From Bacillota bacterium (lineage in GTDB: Bacteria > Bacillota > Clostridia > DUPQ01), in assembly GCA_022706885.1 (NCBI GenBank), contig JAKJBR010000006.1, positions 670 through 64,669 on the forward strand: a DNA stretch of 64,000 nucleotides, read 5' to 3'. The notes under the pieces were generated by a model that saw only the letters and a list, made by a program, of their open reading frames with translations, made no database searches and was not told where the DNA came from. Shown piece by piece: positions 62,612-64,000 of the stretch (position 1 is its first letter; each line of letters begins with the position of its first letter). The position numbers were made by a program, and so were the translations under genes.

Positions 62612-63562
62612 GTGAAAGGACAAAACCTTTTGATTATACAAGGTAAAGAAATAACAGGACTGTTTTTGGCCCCTATGGCGGGAATAACCGATGCGCCTTT
62701 CCGGACAATATGCATTGAACATGGAGCAGCGCTTACATATACCGAAATGATAAGTGCCAAAGGTCTTATGTATAATAATGAAAAAACAAAGAAACTGTTG
62801 AGTAAGACGCATCCGTCCGAGCCGCTTGCGGTGCAGATATTCGGGTCGGAAACCGAACCTATGAAGCATGCGACCGAATATATCTGTTCGTTGAATCCCG
62901 TATTGATAGATATAAACATGGGCTGTCCCGTATCAAAGGTGGTAAAGAACGGAGAGGGCAGCGCTTTGATGAAAGATATAAACAAGGCATATGAAACAGC
63001 AAAAGCCGTCGTGAATGCATCGAGTGTTCCGGTCAGTGTCAAGTTTCGCTCGGGATATGATAAGCAAAATCTTAATTACATGGAATTCGGTAAAGCCATG
63101 CAGGCTGCCGGTGTTGCATGTTTAACACTGCATCCCAGAACACGGGATATGTTCTATTCCGGTAAAGCCGATTGGAACCATATAGTGCAATTAAGGGAAG
63201 CGGTTGATATTCCCGTTATAGCCAACGGGGATGTTTTCAGTAAGCAAGATATTGAGGATATAAGGGAATATGCCGGCTGTTGTGATGTGATGATAGCAAG
63301 GGGAAGTTTGGGCAATCCGTGGATATTTTCAAACGGTACTCCCACATTGGAGCAAAGGATGCAGGTATTCAGGCGTCATATGGATTTACAGATTGACTAC
63401 AGCGGTGAAAAAAACGCAATAAAAGAAATGCGTAAACACGGCGCATGGTATTTCAAGGGTCTTAAAAACAGTGCGAAACTGAGAGATCTGCTCTTTAAAG
63501 CAGAGACAAAAAGCGATATTATTAACTATATAGAAACAATTTTAGAGATAGAAAATGCTTAA
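62612..63562 (+). CDS. dusB: tRNA-dihydrouridine synthase
   Basis: LAPMAGITDAPFR N-terminal motif and the FMN TIM barrel. The start is GTG at 62612 or TTG at 62630. Confidence 0.8.
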   Translation: MKGQNLLIIQGKEITGLFLAPMAGITDAPFRTICIEHGAALTYTEMISAKGLMYNNEKTKKLLSKTHPSEPLAVQIFGSETEPMKHATEYICSLNPVLIDINMGCPVSKVVKNGEGSALMKDINKAYETAKAVVNASSVPVSVKFRSGYDKQNLNYMEFGKAMQAAGVACLTLHPRTRDMFYSGKADWNHIVQLREAVDIPVIANGDVFSKQDIEDIREYAGCCDVMIARGSLGNPWIFSNGTPTLEQRMQVFRRHMDLQIDYSGEKNAIKEMRKHGAWYFKGLKNSAKLRDLLFKAETKSDIINYIETILEIENA

Positions 63563-63634
63563 TTATCGAGAATAATCAAGATTGGGCGAGCGATATCGAG
63601 ATATCGTAAGATATTTCCCTTTATTTTCCCCTAA

Positions 63635-63712
63635 AGGTCAGATAAAGTCAAAAAGAATACTTGAAACATATCGAAAGTATGATATAATGTATATAGGTCA
63701 AAGAAAGTCAAA
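63635..63712 (+). promoter_or_regulatory. sigma-A promoter (TTGAAA-16-TATAAT) flanked by two CtsR-box-like tandem heptad repeats
   Basis: AGGTCAGATAAAGTCAAA at 63635-63652 and AGGTCAAAGAAAGTCAAA at 63695-63712 both fit the CtsR operator consensus (A/G)GTCAAA-NAN-(A/G)GTCAAA. The -35 (63661-63666) and -10 (63683-63688) hexamers sit between them. Confidence 0.5.
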
Positions 63713-63732
63713 GTTAAATGGAGGTGACAAGA

Positions 63733-64000
63733 ATGTTAGACTTAATTAGAAATAGAAGAAACGATTACAGAGTATTGGATTTGATGAACGACTTTTTCAG
63801 CACCGATGTGATGACCAGTGTTCAGGGATTTAAAGTGGATATTTCAGAGAAGGACAAGGAATATATTCTTGAAGCGGAACTTCCCGGATTCGACAAGAAA
63901 GATATATCGGTAGAATTGAAAAACAACTATCTTACAATCTCTGCCAGAAGGGATTATGAGAAAGAAGAAAAGGAAAAGGATTTTATCAGAAGAGAGAGAA
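63733..64000 (+). CDS. Hsp20/alpha-crystallin family small heat-shock protein, 3'-truncated by window edge
   Basis: GGAGGTG ribosome-binding site. FKVDISEKDKEYILEAELPGFDKKDISVELKNNYLTISARR is a classic alpha-crystallin-domain core. Confidence 0.8.
   Translation, partial: MLDLIRNRRNDYRVLDLMNDFFSTDVMTSVQGFKVDISEKDKEYILEAELPGFDKKDISVELKNNYLTISARRDYEKEEKEKDFIRRER

Noticed and set aside
62131-63042. 303-aa minus-strand ORF spanning pyrI/dusB
   Set aside because: It is antisense to two well-supported genes (pyrI zinc domain, dusB motifs) and has a low-complexity hydrophobic translation.

Overview
This 64-kb window looks like chromosomal DNA from a low-GC Firmicute, probably a gut Clostridia, and is almost entirely coding. 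It holds three blocks. (1) Housekeeping genes at 0-29 kb and 55-64 kb: dut, yigZ, yebC, a nuclease-helicase fusion, nnrD, alr, birA-coaX, tmk-darA-holB-ricT, a ferredoxin, two CNNM/CorC paralogs, a dGTPase-like protein, a complete PyrR-attenuated pyrR-pyrP-pyrC-pyrK-pyrD-pyrF-pyrE-pyrB-pyrI operon, dusB, and a small heat-shock gene behind CtsR boxes. (2) A putative sugar/glycan locus at 27-40 kb: sugar-phosphate isomerase, Gfo/Idh/MocA oxidoreductase, two paralogous ~420-aa uncharacterised enzymes bracketing two ~530-aa uncharacterised enzymes, LemA-DUF2207 and L-fucose isomerase. (3) A ~14.5-kb accessory island at 40.4-55.0 kb, immediately downstream of a tRNA-Arg(CCG) gene and upstream of the pyr promoter. 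The island carries a RelB/RelE toxin-antitoxin pair, reciprocally degraded duplicate copies of a relBE-abiEi module flanking a 10-kb cassette (membrane pseudo-kinase, HisKA_3 kinase, LuxR response regulator, pseudo-receiver, and a 1930-aa SLH-anchored adhesin with four 561-bp tandem repeats), an intact AbiEi-like gene, a DUF3791-DUF3990-DUF3791 triad, and a divergent DUF4143 AAA+ ATPase. There is no integrase, transposase, CRISPR array or rRNA. A second, older remnant (orphan RelB antitoxin with an 8-codon toxin stub in an AT-rich patch) lies at 0.5-1.7 kb. All calls rest on motif recognition by eye; no database searches were run.
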